A DNA stretch of 64,000 nt from Squalus acanthias (taxonomy: Eukaryota): assembly GCA_030390025.1 (NCBI GenBank), contig CM059432.1, positions 101,434,001 to 101,498,000 on the forward strand, in the 5' to 3' direction. A program made the translations under genes and the position numbers. This document shows, piece by piece, positions 61,942 to 64,000 of this stretch. Within the stretch, counting starts at the first letter, position 1, and each line of letters starts with the position of its first letter. The notes under the pieces are model-generated. The model ran no database searches. It was given only the letters and a program-made list of their open reading frames with translations, and was not told the origin of the DNA.

Positions 61942-64000
61942 GGCCGCGATTTTCCGAGTGGAGGCGGGTTGGAGGCGGCTTTGATGTTCGCCGGGTTCCG
62001 GTCCCCCTGCCGGTTTGAGCCGCCCTGGAATTACGATTTTTGCTTAAGTGGGCTGATTAAGCCCGTCGTGCGCGTTACCCGGCCGAATCAGTGGGTTCAG
62101 GTCTGCTGCTCGTCTCTGCTGACGTCTTTCAGCCAGCTGCATTTAAGGGGCCCATGCAGCCTTGTTTTTGATCAATCCTATTCTGCTGCTTCTCGGTGTG
62201 GCACTTCTGAAAATGACGGCTTCAAGACCAAAGGCATCTCCCAGATTCGATGATGACTCCCTCCATGCTCTTGTGGAGGGAGTGAGAGGGCACCAGGAGG
62301 TACTGTTCCCCTCAAACAGACGGAGGAAGCCTCCTCAGCAAACCAAAGCAGCCTGACTGCAAATTGTTGAGGAGGTGAGCGCCAGGTCTTTGTGTGCACG
62401 CACCTGGGCTCAGTGCAGGAAAAGGTTAAATGATCTGCTGCACTCAGCAAAAGTGAGTATAACATCACACTTACCTTCAATCTGCTCCCCATCTCCTCTC
62501 ATCACCAGCACTCTGCATTGTCAACCGACTCCTGCACATCCTATTTTAACCTTACATCTCTTGCACCCTTAACCATCCCTCTCTCTCTCTGTACAGAATC
62601 ACTCCACTATTCTACTATGCACCCCTCACACTCGCTATCACTGTTATGCAATGACAACAACTAACAACGCATAGGGAGGGAACTTGGTATTGGCACCTCA
62701 CTCCATCTTTGTCTCCCTCTAAGCATCTATGCTATGGATTCTCTACACTCACTCCAACATTCTCACTAAAACTACACTTGTGTCCCTCAGTGCAGGAAAA
62801 GAGAGCCCACAATAAGAGGGAGAGGGGCAGGACAGGAGGAGGGCCACCTTCGATTGCCCACTTGACCACCGCTGTGGAGGCTGCTCTCGACATTGTTGGA
62901 GGTGCTGAGGAGCTGGAAGTGGGGGATGGAGAGATGGGCGCAGTAGAGCAAGCTGGTGACAGAATAGATTTGCAGCCCTCTCATTTAGATTGCATGACTG
63001 ATATGGCATCTGATGCTCATACAGATTGAGTTCTGATCATCTGCACAATTCGATGTGCCTGCTACATTAATATCACATGTCTAACTCATGCCTTTACTCC
63101 CCCACAGGACCATCGAGAGCCCCCCTCCCCACTGTCCAGGAGGAAGAGCCAGAAGACACCTCAGAGGAAGTTGCAACCTCTGAGGGCGCAGTGTCAGCAG
63201 AATTGAGCGCACCCAGCACCAGCGCAGAGACACACACCTCGGTGGGTCATTCGCGAGATGGATTAGTGTTGTCACCTGGTGTATCACAGCTCACAAGTGA
63301 CCTTCAGCAGATGGTGGAGACAGGGACAGCAGTGGAGAGTCCTCGCCGGAGGCCGCAGGGCACTCCTAGTTCTGCACAGCTGCATGTGGACCCTGTGCCT
63401 CTGGGGCCATCCAGAAAGAGAGCGGTGCTGGAACTTCAGCAACAAGTGCAGGAGTCTCTGACAGGGTTTGCAACCACTGTAACTGCGAGTGTGAAGAGAA
63501 TAGAGGAGTCTATCTCAAACATAAGCAATGCCATGTTGGAGGCAATGGCGCATGAACGTGCCATCATGGAGAGGGTGGCAACCTCCTTGGAGGACATAAC
63601 TCACCAGACTCAAGAGAGCATGGTGACTCTTCTAAATAGATGGTCTGCTATAGAGGATAGATGGGCATCTATTGAGGAGAGACACCAGAGGTACATGGAC
63701 GTCCCCGTTATGAGGACTGTCAGTACAGAGATGTGTCCTTATGGCCGCACTGATGTACAGCAAGGTGCTCTTCAGCTACTTGCTAGCAGTGAAGTGCGGG
63801 TGACCCATGAGAGGGATGTTGGTGGTCGACAACAAGGAAGTGTGGGATCCTCTCCAAGCGCTATGGAGCACTCGGTCAGAGCCCCATATTCCTCACCCAA
63901 CTGAGATGGCCATCTCAGCCCCTGCACAGCTGTAGGAGGAGCAGACTGTTGCCGAGCCCTCCCAGGCTCGCAAACCGAGAGGACGCCCGCCAAAGGTGTC
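61942..64000 (+). mobile_element. Left part of a Harbinger transposon carrying the Myb/SANT gene; runs off the window
   Basis: TIR-like GGCCGCGATTTTCC followed by the Myb/SANT gene. Confidence 0.8.
62213..63904 (+). pseudogene. Harbinger Myb/SANT-like (trihelix) DNA-binding gene; exons 62213-62452, 62796-62955, 63108-63904; TGA replaces a conserved Trp at 62354-62356
   Basis: PRF...L..LVEGV....VLF...K.A[W]..I...V.......RTWAQCRKRLNDL and NKRERGRTGGGPP motifs. The GT-AG introns (phase 0 and phase 1) keep the reading frame. Confidence 0.85.

Overview
This is vertebrate nuclear DNA, most likely from a shark or other cartilaginous fish: it contains an HE1/V-SINE and Deu-domain SINEs, and CR1 LINEs dominate. 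I could not identify any host gene, and nearly all the long ORFs belong to transposable elements. Main contents: (1) a young, intact Ty3/Gypsy element on the minus strand (40429-44870) with 194-bp LTRs, a 5-bp target-site duplication (TSD) and one 1318-aa ORF; it has no tRNA primer-binding site, but it has an 11-nt complement to its own LTR and a YLDN motif in reverse transcriptase (RT). (2) A near-intact CR1 whose ORF1/ORF2 junction is the canonical U-UUA-AAC -1 frameshift heptamer. (3) An RTE LINE with a twin-priming-type 5' inversion and an 8-bp TSD. (4) A large PIF/Harbinger population: decayed transposase, a 3-exon Myb/SANT gene and more than ten non-autonomous elements with 3-bp TSDs, some carrying a captured palindrome related to a hammerhead-ribozyme motif. 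(5) A 1.66-kb solo LTR, a hAT MITE, L2 fragments, SINEs, and a four-level nested stack of elements at 2.9-13.4 kb. Family assignments come from motif recognition, not database searches.
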